Shown here one piece after another: positions 20,931-31,677 of a DNA stretch of 64,000 nucleotides (position 1 is its first letter; every line of letters begins with the position of its first letter). Below the pieces are notes generated by a model. The model was given only the letters and a program-made list of their open reading frames with translations. It made no database searches and was not told where the DNA came from. The translations under genes were made by a program, and so were the position numbers. Location of the stretch: assembly GCA_000004985.1 (NCBI GenBank), contig GG738854.1. The stretch is one strand, 5' to 3'. Origin of the DNA: Naegleria gruberi. Lineage: Eukaryota.

Positions 20931-23900
20931 ATGGTTATTGTTTCTGTTGTAGCTACTGTTATTATGATTTCAACTTCTGTAGGTTACAATCCACCAGAGC
21001 CAAAACCAGATTCATTACAGGCCTATAAGAATACTGCCTATACCATCTATCCTCTTTTGAATGATGTTGATCCAAAAGGAAACAATCTCACCCTCGTCAA
21101 CATTACCCAACCATTGTACGGAACAGCCAAATTACTCGCAGGTAATAAGGTTCAATATACCAGTCCAAAATATTACGCAGGAAATGAAACATTTTATTAT
21201 ACAGTTTATAATGGATATGGATATGCAGAGAGTTATGTTAAAATTGAAGTTTTGAATAGAGTTCCAGAAATTGTAACCATCTATAAGGATATTTCAAAGA
21301 ATAGTCAAAACAATATCATTGATGTTTTCAATTATGTTACTGAGAGTGGAGCTCAAATTAGTGATGTAGATGGTGATATTTTAACAATTGTTAGTATTAC
21401 AACACCAAATGTTGTAGGAGCTGTTGCTACCATTGTTGACTCTCAATTCATTTATTATACTCCACCAACAGGTTATAATAGTGCTGACTTTTTCAATTTT
21501 ACCATTACTGATGGAAATTCAACTGTTAGTGACACTATTTATATCAATGTTTTGAATGATGCTCCAACCAGTAATCCAGATGATTATGTCATTCCAAAGA
21601 ATAAGGTTGCCTCACTCAATTTATTGGCAAACGATTATGATGTCAATTCTGACAATATTACCATTGTTACAGCCAAGTCAGGACTTGGTTCTAAGGGTGT
21701 TGTTGTCTTTTCAGATGATGGTCTCTCTGCTGAATATTATCCATCTGCTGATACTAAGGTCTATAGTGATGCTTTCGAATATACAATCACTGATGGAGAT
21801 AAGGAGTCGGCTACATATGTTTTTGTCAGAGTCAAGAATTCCCCTCCAACCATGGAAAGCAAAACCATTACCATTCCAAAGAACTCTGAGAATAATACCA
21901 TTTCTTTAGAATATGCAGAGAGTGATATTCTCGATACTGTAACAATTACTGTTTCTAAAAAGCCAACTAGGGGAACTTTCACACTTTCACAATTGTCCAC
22001 CTCCAATAACGTTAATTATTTGAATCAACAATGGATGGTTGTAACTCAAAATACTTACACTCTTATTTATACTCCTGAAAAGAGTGTTTCCTACACTGAT
22101 AGCATTACATTCAAGATTGATGATGGCTATGACTTCACATATGCCACCTTTACTCTTAATATTGTCAATTTGCCACCTGTCACTATTAATGATACCATTG
22201 TTTGTCAAAAGAATCAACAAGTCACACTAGATGTTGTTGCCAATGATTATGACTTGAATGGAGATGTCCTCAAGTTATCTTCTTCAGCTGCAGATTGGAC
22301 CAATAGCCGTGGAGGTGCTACAGTCTCAAGAGTTGATGATGTTCAATTGAAATATGTTGCCAAGAGTGGTTTCTTGGGTGAAGATGTTGCCTCATATGTT
22401 GTAACTGATTCTGACAGCACTGCTGCATTGACTTCTACTGGTTATGTTATTGTCACAGTTGTCAATACTCCTCCTGTTGCTGTTGATGATACTATCACCG
22501 TTCCAAAAGGAGTTCTTTCCTCTTTGGATGTATTAATTAATGACAGTGATCCAAACGGAGATGCCATTGATTTCAATGCTACCAGCTTTACATCTACAAG
22601 TGGTGTTGTTTCCAGTGTCAATGTTACTAGTCCAAGAAATTTGTTGAATTATCAAGCTTTTGATGTTGTCTATCAAGATAAGATTACTTATACCATTAAG
22701 GATATTGATGGGGCTACTGCATCTGCCACTATCACCTTAAATGTTGTCAATACTGCTCCCGTTGCTAATGATGATACTATTAGTGTCAAGTGGAATACAA
22801 GCATTGTTATTCCTGTATTGGCCAATGATTATGATCAAAATCCTGCTGATAGAAGCGTTCTCACTGTCAAGACAATTAATGCTGTTTCTTTGAGTGGAGG
22901 TGTTGCTACTTCTTTCAATGGTGGTAAGAGCATCTTGTTCACTCCAACACCTGGTTTTGTTGGAAGCTTTGTTTTTACTTATACTATTACCGATTCTGAT
23001 TTAGAAAGTAATGCTGCAACTGTTACTGTCACTGTTTTTAATAGTGCTCCTGTTCCAGTCAATGATCAAGCTACTACTCACTGGCGTGATACATCAGTTA
23101 CTGTTGATGTGCTCAGTAATGATTCTGATCCAGAGGGTGATAATCTTTATATTCTCAGTGCTACTCAACCAAGTAAGGGTACTGTTTCAATTGTAACTCT
23201 CGATAATGGAAAGGATGGTATCAAATATTCCATCTCATCTTCTCAACAATTTGTCGGTGAGGAAACCATTACCTATACCGTCACTGATTATTCCATGACT
23301 GCAGTAGCTACTCTTAAAGTAACAGTTACAAATCAAGCACCAGTCGCCTTGGGAGATTATGTCAAATTGCATTGGAGTACCTCATCTATTACCATTCCAG
23401 TTTTGGCCAATGATACCGATGCCAACAATGATCCAATTACTATTGGCACAGTTACACCTCCTAATGGATTTGCTGGTACTATTACCAAGATTGATTCAAA
23501 TACCAAACTTCAATTCGTTCCAACTGCTCAATCAAAGGGTGTTCAAGTTGTAACCTATGTTGCTTCTGATGGACAAACCACAAGTGCAGGTGCAAGCTTG
23601 ACAATTGAAGTTACCAATGCTGATGCTCCTTCGGCAAGCACAATTTCTAAAACTGTTCACTGGTCCACTCAAACTACTGGTACTACCATTACATTATTCT
23701 CATCAGCTCGTGATGGAGATGGTGATTTGAATCAAATTGATTTGGCTAGCTCACCAACTGTTGCTCCATCTCACGGTACAGTTACATTGTCTAATGGGGA
23801 TTCCAATACTCTTCCAAACGTTTTGTACAAGCAAAGTACTAACTATCTTGGTTCTGATACTTTCAAGGTACAAGTTACTGATGGTGCAGATAATGCCATT

Positions 23901-26900
23901 TACACTGTCAATATGAACATTTACAACAACAAACCAACTCTCACTGCTGCCTCAACAACAGGTCATTGGTCCAAATTTGCTTCTGGTTATTCAGTTGATG
24001 CCATCTTGTTAACTTCAGCTCAAGATGCCGACTCTCAAGATACTCTTTCACTATCTTCAATTTCTCCAATGGATTTCATTACCATTAATGGAAATCAAAT
24101 CACATTCTTACCTACTGGCTCATTTGCTGGAACAAAGGTCTACACTGTTAATATTACAGATGGTATTGAAATTAGTTCTACATCTTGGACTGTCACTGTT
24201 CAAAACAACGATCCTTCTGCTGTTACAACTACTACAACAATTCACTGGTCTAAGGGATTTGAATTGATTGATGTATTATCTACCATTACAGACGCTGATT
24301 CTGATAGCATTGATTTCTCCCTTGTCAGTACTGCTGCTACAGCAAAAGGTACACCATCCATTCAAGTTTCTGGTTCCAAGAAATTAGTATTGTGGACTCT
24401 TCCATCAGTATCTGTTTCAATGTTAGGAAGTTCATCCTTCTCCATTCAATACACTGACGGATGGAAGACTAAAGAAGCCACCTACACTGTCTCAGTAACA
24501 AATTCTGCTCCAGTTGCCACAGATAAATCAACAACACTCCATTGGTCCAAATATTCAACTGGTGTTTTGATTGATGTCTTGTCAGGTGCTACTGATACCA
24601 ATTCAGAAGATAGTATTTCTTTGACCAGTTCACCATTTTCCTCTCCATCTCATGGAACAGTTTCAGTTAGTGCTGGTAAGGCACTCTATACACCAACACA
24701 AGGATATGTTGGTTCTGATTCATTCACATACTCTGTAACTGATGGTTTGGAAACTTCAACCAAAACTGTCAGTTTGACAATTACCAATCAAAAACCAGTT
24801 GCCAATTCTGACTCTGTCACTATTCACTGGAATACATCTTTTGTTGACATTAATGTATTAGGAAATGATGTAGATTCTGATGCCGAGGATACACCAATTA
24901 TCAAGACCGGCTCAGTTACTACACCAACTCAAGGAACTGCCTCAATTGTTGATGCCACTTTGGGTGTAATTAGATACACCCCATCCCAATCAGTGACAAC
25001 AGGAGCAAAGACCTTCACTTATAAAGTAACAGATGGAGCTGAAATTTCCACTAGTGCAGCAACCGTCACAGTTACTGTTACCAATGCTAATTCACCAAGT
25101 GCTTCTTCCTTGTCAAACACAATGCATTGGAGATCTGCTTTGGTAGGCACCAGCTACTCCTTATTCAATTCTGCTACTGATCCTGATGGTGATGCTCTCA
25201 AAATTAATATCCTTACTAATCCTTCTGGAACTTATTCTATTAACTCTGATGGAACTTCTGTCTTTTTCCAAACGGCTAGTGCAAGTAAGGGAGTTCAAAC
25301 ATGTACCTATACTATTTCAGATGGTTTGTCCACCTCCTCTTCTGCTACCATTACAACAACAGTCACAAACAGTATCCCAACAGCTCAAGATATCTCACTA
25401 AAATATCACTGGAGTATGATTGGAACTGGTTTAACTATTGATGCCATTTCTAAGGCAACTGATAGCGATGCTGCAGATATTGCCAACTTGAAATTGAATT
25501 CAGTTAGTCCCTCTCAAACCTATGGTAACGTTGTTTCAATGAGCCAAGATAAGACTAAGATTATCTATCAACCAACCAATTTACAAGTTGGTAATGATAC
25601 CTTCACATATTCAGTAACTGATGGATTGGACATTTCTACATCGTATACCGTTACAGTAGAAATTACCAGTACTCAAGCAGATCCATCTGATCAAATTTAT
25701 AGTGTTCATTGGAGAGCAGTACCTATTGATTTTAATGTCTTACAAAATGTTTCTAGCAGTGGAAGTGATCAACCAATTTTGGATGGAATTGATACTCCTG
25801 CATCACATGGTACAGTTGCAATTTCACAAGATCAAAAGTATGTGACCTACTCTATGGGAAGTGTCTACGTTGGAACTGACAAATTCGTTCTTAATTATCA
25901 CGTTGGTCTTAGTAATAACAAAATTACTGTAACTGTCAATATTTACAACACACAACCAACTGGTACCTCAAAGACTGTATCTACTCACTGGAGAACTCCA
26001 ATTAATATCAATTTACTTACAGGAGCCAATGATGCTGACTCTCTTGATATTCCAAATCTCTCTGTTCAACTCTCCTCAACACCTTCAAAGGGTGGCTTAT
26101 CCACAGTTTCTTCAGGTAGTGTCACTTACACACCAGAAACAAGTACAAGTGCCTTTATTGGTACCACGTCTTTCAATTTCAAAATTAATGACGGAAATTT
26201 ATTATCATCAAATGTACCTGTATCTGTCACTGTTACAAACACTGCTCCAAAGTCATCTTCAAAGAGTGTCAATGTCTTGTGGAGCGATTTTGTTTCTGGT
26301 AAGGAACTTTCTGTTCTCACATTATCTCCTGCTGATAGTGACGATAATAGTGATCCAATTAGAGTCAAATCATTCGGATCTACAAGTAAGGGAACTGTTG
26401 TAGCTAAAGGTGCATCAGGTTCTGATGCTAATATTGCCATTATTAAGGGTGTTACTGGAGAAAAATATATTGGTGCTGTCTCCTTCACCTATGTTGTGAC
26501 AGATGATGCAGCAAATGGTGATGTTACCACTACTGTCAGTGTCAATGTTTATAACAACAAACCAGTTGCAGTCTCTGATAGTGTCACAACACACTGGAAT
26601 GTCAATTATATTGATATTGATGTGTTGGCAAATGATTCTGATCCAGACTCTAATAGTTTGAGCATTGCCAGTGTTTATGGTTCATCTGCTACTACTGCTC
26701 CAATCATTACTGGTGGTAAGATTAGATATTATCCAAAGACCTCAACTGTTGGTACTGTTGATGTTTTCAAGTATGAACTCAGTGATGGAGCTCAATCAAG
26801 TGAAGGAACTGTCTCTGTCAACGTTACAAACACTAAACCAACAACTAGTTCATTCTCTCAAACCTCTGTATGGTCTGCTGTTAAGAATGGTGTATACTTC

Positions 26901-29900
26901 TCTGTGGTTGCTTCATCATCAGATGCTAATGGAGATTCCTTGTCATTAGCTTCCTATACTTCAATTACCCAAGCTCAAGGAGCATTGTCCACTGTTGGAA
27001 GTGGTTCTTCTGCTCAAATTTCATACGTCCCAACAAGTGGTTTCACTGGAGCAATCAAGCAAATTGTATTCACCATTTCAGATGGAAAGGAGACAAATAC
27101 TGGAACAATTGACGTCACTGTAACAAATAACTTGCCAACAGCCAACACTGGTGCATTTACCTATCACTGGAGACAAGCTTTATTAGCCAATAATATTGTC
27201 TTGACCTCTAGATTTAGTGACAATGATGGTGATTCTGTAACAGTTTCACAAGTCACTTCTGGTGGAAGAGCTGGTGTTACCCTTGTTGCAACCAACACTG
27301 TTAAATATCAATTAGCTTCTGCATGGAAGGGTTCCGATAGCTTTACTGTGCAATTCACTGATGGATGGGGAAGCTCAAGTGCAACTTTCCCAGTTACTGT
27401 AACAAACTCTGTTCCAGTTGCTTATGATATTGCTGTTAATGTTAATCACCTTTCTTCTTCCTCGGTCAGTATTCCAATATTGTCAAGAAGTGATGGTCTT
27501 AAACCAACAGATGCTGATTCTGCAGATTCAGGCGCTCTCACCATCTCTTCATTTACTCAGCCAAGTATTGGTACTGTTACATTATCATCGGGAACTTTTA
27601 CCTTCCAAAACGTTCAAGGCAATTTGGTAAACCAAACCTTTACTTACACAGTTTCTGATGGCTTTGAGACAGTAACTAAAACTATTACCGTAAATATTCT
27701 TGATCAATCTCCAACAGCTAATAGTGTTAGCAAGACCTATCACTGGAAGACTATTCAAAGTGGACTTGACTTGAACTTTATCACAGAATCTTCTGCTACT
27801 GATCCAGATGGAGATACATTGTCAATTTCTGCATTTACTCAACCACAAACAGGTACAGGTACTGTTGCTAGAAAAGCTGGCTCGACAACCAATCTCATAT
27901 ACACTCCACCAGCAGGAACAGCCCCACTTACTGCTACCTTTAAATTCACTGTCAGTGATGGTAGTATTTCAGTTGAAAACACGGCAACAATTTCCTTGAC
28001 AAATACTGCTCCAGTTGCTGTTTCTGATTCGGTTTCCAAGTTGTGGAATAATAAGGTCTTTACCATTAATCCACTTGCTAATGATTCTGATGGTAACGGA
28101 GACACAATTACAATCTCTAGTGTTGATTCAACTTCTTTGATTCGTGGTGCTACTTTAACTATCTCTTCTGATAAGCTCTCTATCACTTACACCTATACTG
28201 GAAGTGGTGCCACTGGCACAGATAGCTTTAAGTATACTATTACTGATGGAGCATCTACCTCAACTGCAACAGTGACCATCACATTTACCAATCAAGAACC
28301 TGTTGTTTCATCTGTTACTCAAAGTGTCAAGTGGAATTCAGCACTAACTGTTAATTCTTTATTGTCTAGTTGTTCAGATGCTGATGGAGATACCTTGTCA
28401 TTTGTTTCTATTTCTTCAGGTCAATATGGTTCTGTTGTCACCAATGATGCATCAGTTGGAAAGATTACCTATACACCAGCTGCATCTATTTCCTATACCA
28501 GTAAACCAAATTCTGGCAGATGGGAAGCTGTTGATGTATTGACATTCAAATGTACAGATGGTTTGGCTGAGAAGTCTGGCACTCTCTCTATCACTATTTG
28601 GAATACTCCACCAACAGGAAGTAACAAGAATGGAACCTTTACCAGAACTTACAGCTCTCCAACTCTATCAATTCCAGAGAGTACTTTCAAGACTGGTGCT
28701 AGTGATGCTGATTCCGATACCATTTCTTTGAGCGCTGTCCAAATGTATTCCTCATCAGATTCTTCATGCTCAGTGGTTTTGCAATCTGACAAGTCAGTTA
28801 AATTCACTTATGGTCAATCCTTTGTTGGAACTCAACAATTCTATTTTACTTTGAGTGATGGTCAATTGACTAATACATACACTTACACAATTACTATTTC
28901 CAACACTTTAACTTGTATGGATTACACTCTCACAACCACAAAGAATAGTGCAGCAACTCAATTCGAAGATTCCATCAAGAGTCAATGGGCAACAAACTTT
29001 GGTAGTGAATCAATTACACTCTCAATAGTATCTACAACCAATTTGAATTCTGTTGGTACCATTACAACTGTCAGCAGTAAGCTCACCTATACCCCCACTG
29101 CCAGAAGATCATGCACAGGAACTAATTGTTATGCTGTTTATAGAGTTTCTAACACTGCTTCCCAAACTGCTGATTGTAATATTTATGTAGTACAACCAAA
29201 TAATGCACCAACTGCAACTAATTGGGACTATGAATTCTCTATTAGAAGAGATGGTAACGATGCTCGTACTTTTGATTATTTGACAGACTCTGCTGCTACC
29301 GATTCTGATACCTCTGACAGTCTCAGCATTTCAATTTCTAGTACTGGAACATGTAGCTCTGCTGGTACTTTGTCAATCGTTAGTAATAAGATTAGCTTTG
29401 TAAGATCCTCATCATACGCTGATCAAAGATGTACATTTACATTGACAGTTAGCGATAATGATCTTTCAAATCCACGTACAACTTCTGTAATCATTGGTAT
29501 CAAGCCAATTAGCTCTCCACCAATTGCAGTCAGTGATTCCTTCACAGCTGTTTACAATAACAAGATTGATATCCTTGCATCTGACCTATTAACTAATGAC
29601 TACGATCCTCTTGGGGGTACTTTTGTATTTGCTGGTATTGATTGCCCGGATTCTACATATTGTAAAAATGCTGGAATACCAACCATTTTGAATCCAAGTG
29701 ATAGTGCAAATAATAGAATTATCAGAGTTTTACCAAAGACTGGAAGTTGTGAAGCCGAAAAAGTCAGATACAAGATTACTTCTGTCCAAGACAGTACCAC
29801 TGCCTATGCTGATATTAATATCAAGTATAGTAATTGTGTTTGTAGTCAAATATTCGATTTGATTTTCATTTTGGATGGTAGTGGTTCTATATCAGCAACC

Positions 29901-31403
29901 AATTGGAAGAATATGGTTTACTTTGTAACAAACATTACCAGTGGATTTGATGTTAGCTCAACCGGTACAAATATTGGTATTGTACAATACGGTACTGATT
30001 CTACTCTTCACTTATCTGTCAACGCTGGTACCTCAAAGACAACAGTCAATAACATGGTTTCAAGTATTACTCAAAAGAAGAGTAGTACAGCCACCATTTT
30101 GGGTATTAACACTGCTGTTAATAACATGATTAATTATGGTAGATCTTCTGTGGCTAACAAGCTGTTCATTCATATTACTGATGGTGAGTCAAATGTTCCA
30201 TCCAACTGTTACTCAATGTACTCTCTTTTGGGAGTAACTGATACCGTCTCAAACAGGTTCCCTGGAAAATCGTGTTTAGATTGTGACTGGACTAATTCTA
30301 GTTCTAAGGCTCAACCATGTGCTGAAGCAACAATTAGATCAGCTGAAATCAATTCTTGGAAGGGTTATCGTCAATTAACTATTGGTATAGGTGATGGTGT
30401 AACATCTTCATTCGGTATGAGTCAAATTCAAAAGATGAATTACGATCCTTTAAAGTTCTTCGTAGTTGACTGGAGTGATTTGACCAGTATTTATCAATCA
30501 ATTATCGATGAAGCTTGTAATACTGTAACTACCTCATCTTCTTACACTAAGAGACCAATTTCAGATTTTGATTATACCATTTCATTCACATCAAGAGTTG
30601 TAACTTCAAGAACTGCTTTTGATTCCACTTTTGAAATCACAACCTTTACCTACACATTGAAAGCTCCATCAAGCAGTGCAAGTGGTGCTATTACTCGTTT
30701 CACATTGGCCAACAATATCAATTCTACATATTATAATACCTACAATCCGTCATTCCCTGTTTATGTTGGTACTGATGTTGTTTCCTCACTCTCTGGTTTC
30801 ACTTGGGAATCCTTGCCAAATGGAAAAATTGTTTCTCTCGGGTCAACCAAGACCTTCTCTGTCTCTGTCTATGGAAATGTTCCAGCTGCAAGTATCTCTT
30901 ATGCAATTACTGGCTCATCTTCATATGCAGTTTCAACAATTACAGGACCCGCCACATCTGCCACCTATTCGTTCATTCCACCAACTTCTGAATCAACAAC
31001 ATTGAGAGCTACATACTGTTCTTCCACAAGATGTATGATTCGTGCAGTATTCACTTCTCCAATGCAATATGCTGATGTTGCTAAGGTCTGTAAATTGTGG
31101 AACTCTAAGGCCATTCCTGTAACCATCAAGACAGCCACAGAAAAAACAGAAGTTGCCAATATTTCAGGTGGATACACATTCTTCATTGGCTTGAATAAGG
31201 ACAGTGGATCTTGGAGATGGGTTGATGATAAGTCAGTTGCTTCCTACACTGATTGGAAATCTGGTGAGCCAAACAATAACAGTCCAACCAGTTACAGTGA
31301 TTATTATGTTTGGGCTCAATCAACAACTGCCAACTCTCCTTGGTGGAATGATGTTCCAATGGTTTACACAGTAACAGCTGTTGTTTGTCAATACAAGTTG
31401 TAA
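20931..31403 (+). CDS. Giant secreted adhesin-like protein: signal peptide, ~27 tandem cadherin-like ~95-aa repeats, Cys-rich region, vWA domain, C-terminal C-type lectin domain
   Basis: 3490-aa uninterrupted ORF. Signal peptide MVIVSVVATVIMISTSVG. Repeats carry T-x-H-W…I-D-V-L-x-N-D-x-D-x-(N/D)-G-D-x-L…G-T-V…Y-T-P…F-x-G-x-D-x-F-x-Y-x-V-x-D-G…V-T-V-x-N-x-x-P. vWA: DLIFILDGSGSISATNW…GIVQYGTDS…ITDGESN (about 29866..30510). C-type lectin domain: GYTFFIGLNKDSGSWRWVDDKSVASYTDWKSGEPNN…WNDVPCQ-like (about 31085..31400). Confidence 0.85.
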   Translation: MVIVSVVATVIMISTSVGYNPPEPKPDSLQAYKNTAYTIYPLLNDVDPKGNNLTLVNITQPLYGTAKLLAGNKVQYTSPKYYAGNETFYYTVYNGYGYAESYVKIEVLNRVPEIVTIYKDISKNSQNNIIDVFNYVTESGAQISDVDGDILTIVSITTPNVVGAVATIVDSQFIYYTPPTGYNSADFFNFTITDGNSTVSDTIYINVLNDAPTSNPDDYVIPKNKVASLNLLANDYDVNSDNITIVTAKSGLGSKGVVVFSDDGLSAEYYPSADTKVYSDAFEYTITDGDKESATYVFVRVKNSPPTMESKTITIPKNSENNTISLEYAESDILDTVTITVSKKPTRGTFTLSQLSTSNNVNYLNQQWMVVTQNTYTLIYTPEKSVSYTDSITFKIDDGYDFTYATFTLNIVNLPPVTINDTIVCQKNQQVTLDVVANDYDLNGDVLKLSSSAADWTNSRGGATVSRVDDVQLKYVAKSGFLGEDVASYVVTDSDSTAALTSTGYVIVTVVNTPPVAVDDTITVPKGVLSSLDVLINDSDPNGDAIDFNATSFTSTSGVVSSVNVTSPRNLLNYQAFDVVYQDKITYTIKDIDGATASATITLNVVNTAPVANDDTISVKWNTSIVIPVLANDYDQNPADRSVLTVKTINAVSLSGGVATSFNGGKSILFTPTPGFVGSFVFTYTITDSDLESNAATVTVTVFNSAPVPVNDQATTHWRDTSVTVDVLSNDSDPEGDNLYILSATQPSKGTVSIVTLDNGKDGIKYSISSSQQFVGEETITYTVTDYSMTAVATLKVTVTNQAPVALGDYVKLHWSTSSITIPVLANDTDANNDPITIGTVTPPNGFAGTITKIDSNTKLQFVPTAQSKGVQVVTYVASDGQTTSAGASLTIEVTNADAPSASTISKTVHWSTQTTGTTITLFSSARDGDGDLNQIDLASSPTVAPSHGTVTLSNGDSNTLPNVLYKQSTNYLGSDTFKVQVTDGADNAIYTVNMNIYNNKPTLTAASTTGHWSKFASGYSVDAILLTSAQDADSQDTLSLSSISPMDFITINGNQITFLPTGSFAGTKVYTVNITDGIEISSTSWTVTVQNNDPSAVTTTTTIHWSKGFELIDVLSTITDADSDSIDFSLVSTAATAKGTPSIQVSGSKKLVLWTLPSVSVSMLGSSSFSIQYTDGWKTKEATYTVSVTNSAPVATDKSTTLHWSKYSTGVLIDVLSGATDTNSEDSISLTSSPFSSPSHGTVSVSAGKALYTPTQGYVGSDSFTYSVTDGLETSTKTVSLTITNQKPVANSDSVTIHWNTSFVDINVLGNDVDSDAEDTPIIKTGSVTTPTQGTASIVDATLGVIRYTPSQSVTTGAKTFTYKVTDGAEISTSAATVTVTVTNANSPSASSLSNTMHWRSALVGTSYSLFNSATDPDGDALKINILTNPSGTYSINSDGTSVFFQTASASKGVQTCTYTISDGLSTSSSATITTTVTNSIPTAQDISLKYHWSMIGTGLTIDAISKATDSDAADIANLKLNSVSPSQTYGNVVSMSQDKTKIIYQPTNLQVGNDTFTYSVTDGLDISTSYTVTVEITSTQADPSDQIYSVHWRAVPIDFNVLQNVSSSGSDQPILDGIDTPASHGTVAISQDQKYVTYSMGSVYVGTDKFVLNYHVGLSNNKITVTVNIYNTQPTGTSKTVSTHWRTPININLLTGANDADSLDIPNLSVQLSSTPSKGGLSTVSSGSVTYTPETSTSAFIGTTSFNFKINDGNLLSSNVPVSVTVTNTAPKSSSKSVNVLWSDFVSGKELSVLTLSPADSDDNSDPIRVKSFGSTSKGTVVAKGASGSDANIAIIKGVTGEKYIGAVSFTYVVTDDAANGDVTTTVSVNVYNNKPVAVSDSVTTHWNVNYIDIDVLANDSDPDSNSLSIASVYGSSATTAPIITGGKIRYYPKTSTVGTVDVFKYELSDGAQSSEGTVSVNVTNTKPTTSSFSQTSVWSAVKNGVYFSVVASSSDANGDSLSLASYTSITQAQGALSTVGSGSSAQISYVPTSGFTGAIKQIVFTISDGKETNTGTIDVTVTNNLPTANTGAFTYHWRQALLANNIVLTSRFSDNDGDSVTVSQVTSGGRAGVTLVATNTVKYQLASAWKGSDSFTVQFTDGWGSSSATFPVTVTNSVPVAYDIAVNVNHLSSSSVSIPILSRSDGLKPTDADSADSGALTISSFTQPSIGTVTLSSGTFTFQNVQGNLVNQTFTYTVSDGFETVTKTITVNILDQSPTANSVSKTYHWKTIQSGLDLNFITESSATDPDGDTLSISAFTQPQTGTGTVARKAGSTTNLIYTPPAGTAPLTATFKFTVSDGSISVENTATISLTNTAPVAVSDSVSKLWNNKVFTINPLANDSDGNGDTITISSVDSTSLIRGATLTISSDKLSITYTYTGSGATGTDSFKYTITDGASTSTATVTITFTNQEPVVSSVTQSVKWNSALTVNSLLSSCSDADGDTLSFVSISSGQYGSVVTNDASVGKITYTPAASISYTSKPNSGRWEAVDVLTFKCTDGLAEKSGTLSITIWNTPPTGSNKNGTFTRTYSSPTLSIPESTFKTGASDADSDTISLSAVQMYSSSDSSCSVVLQSDKSVKFTYGQSFVGTQQFYFTLSDGQLTNTYTYTITISNTLTCMDYTLTTTKNSAATQFEDSIKSQWATNFGSESITLSIVSTTNLNSVGTITTVSSKLTYTPTARRSCTGTNCYAVYRVSNTASQTADCNIYVVQPNNAPTATNWDYEFSIRRDGNDARTFDYLTDSAATDSDTSDSLSISISSTGTCSSAGTLSIVSNKISFVRSSSYADQRCTFTLTVSDNDLSNPRTTSVIIGIKPISSPPIAVSDSFTAVYNNKIDILASDLLTNDYDPLGGTFVFAGIDCPDSTYCKNAGIPTILNPSDSANNRIIRVLPKTGSCEAEKVRYKITSVQDSTTAYADINIKYSNCVCSQIFDLIFILDGSGSISATNWKNMVYFVTNITSGFDVSSTGTNIGIVQYGTDSTLHLSVNAGTSKTTVNNMVSSITQKKSSTATILGINTAVNNMINYGRSSVANKLFIHITDGESNVPSNCYSMYSLLGVTDTVSNRFPGKSCLDCDWTNSSSKAQPCAEATIRSAEINSWKGYRQLTIGIGDGVTSSFGMSQIQKMNYDPLKFFVVDWSDLTSIYQSIIDEACNTVTTSSSYTKRPISDFDYTISFTSRVVTSRTAFDSTFEITTFTYTLKAPSSSASGAITRFTLANNINSTYYNTYNPSFPVYVGTDVVSSLSGFTWESLPNGKIVSLGSTKTFSVSVYGNVPAASISYAITGSSSYAVSTITGPATSATYSFIPPTSESTTLRATYCSSTRCMIRAVFTSPMQYADVAKVCKLWNSKAIPVTIKTATEKTEVANISGGYTFFIGLNKDSGSWRWVDDKSVASYTDWKSGEPNNNSPTSYSDYYVWAQSTTANSPWWNDVPMVYTVTAVVCQYKL
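21540..29650 (+). repeat. Intragenic tandem array of diverged ~285-300-bp coding repeats (about 27 copies)
   Basis: Periodic recurrence at the DNA and protein level of the AATGATTATGAT / GTTTTGGCCAATGAT (…VLANDYD…) and ACTGTTACTGTT…AAT…CCA blocks. Copies are diverged rather than identical. Confidence 0.7.
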
Positions 31404-31677
31404 ATAAATCTAATTTGTAACCTTTAACATCATGGCTTACAATAATCTTAACAATATCAACTTGATTTTAAACATAATAAAACCAAAGATCCAAAAATTG
31501 ATAATAATAACGATGATCATCTGATATCCAATAATATTCTATTTATCATCAATGCAACAATTATTCAAGCTTACAGCAATGTTGGAATAATGTTTTAAAA
31601 ATAGATTTAAAAAAATACAACCAAAGGAGAAGTGAACAAAAACATCAAAACAACACTCCAGCAATAATATTAAAAAA

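Noticed and set aside
21061-30991. Dozens of 60-125-aa ORFs on both strands inside the giant gene
   Set aside because: Alternate-frame and antisense shadows of a 10.5-kb coding repeat array (Leu/Ser/Val-rich translations of the same DNA). The in-frame 3490-aa ORF explains the region.
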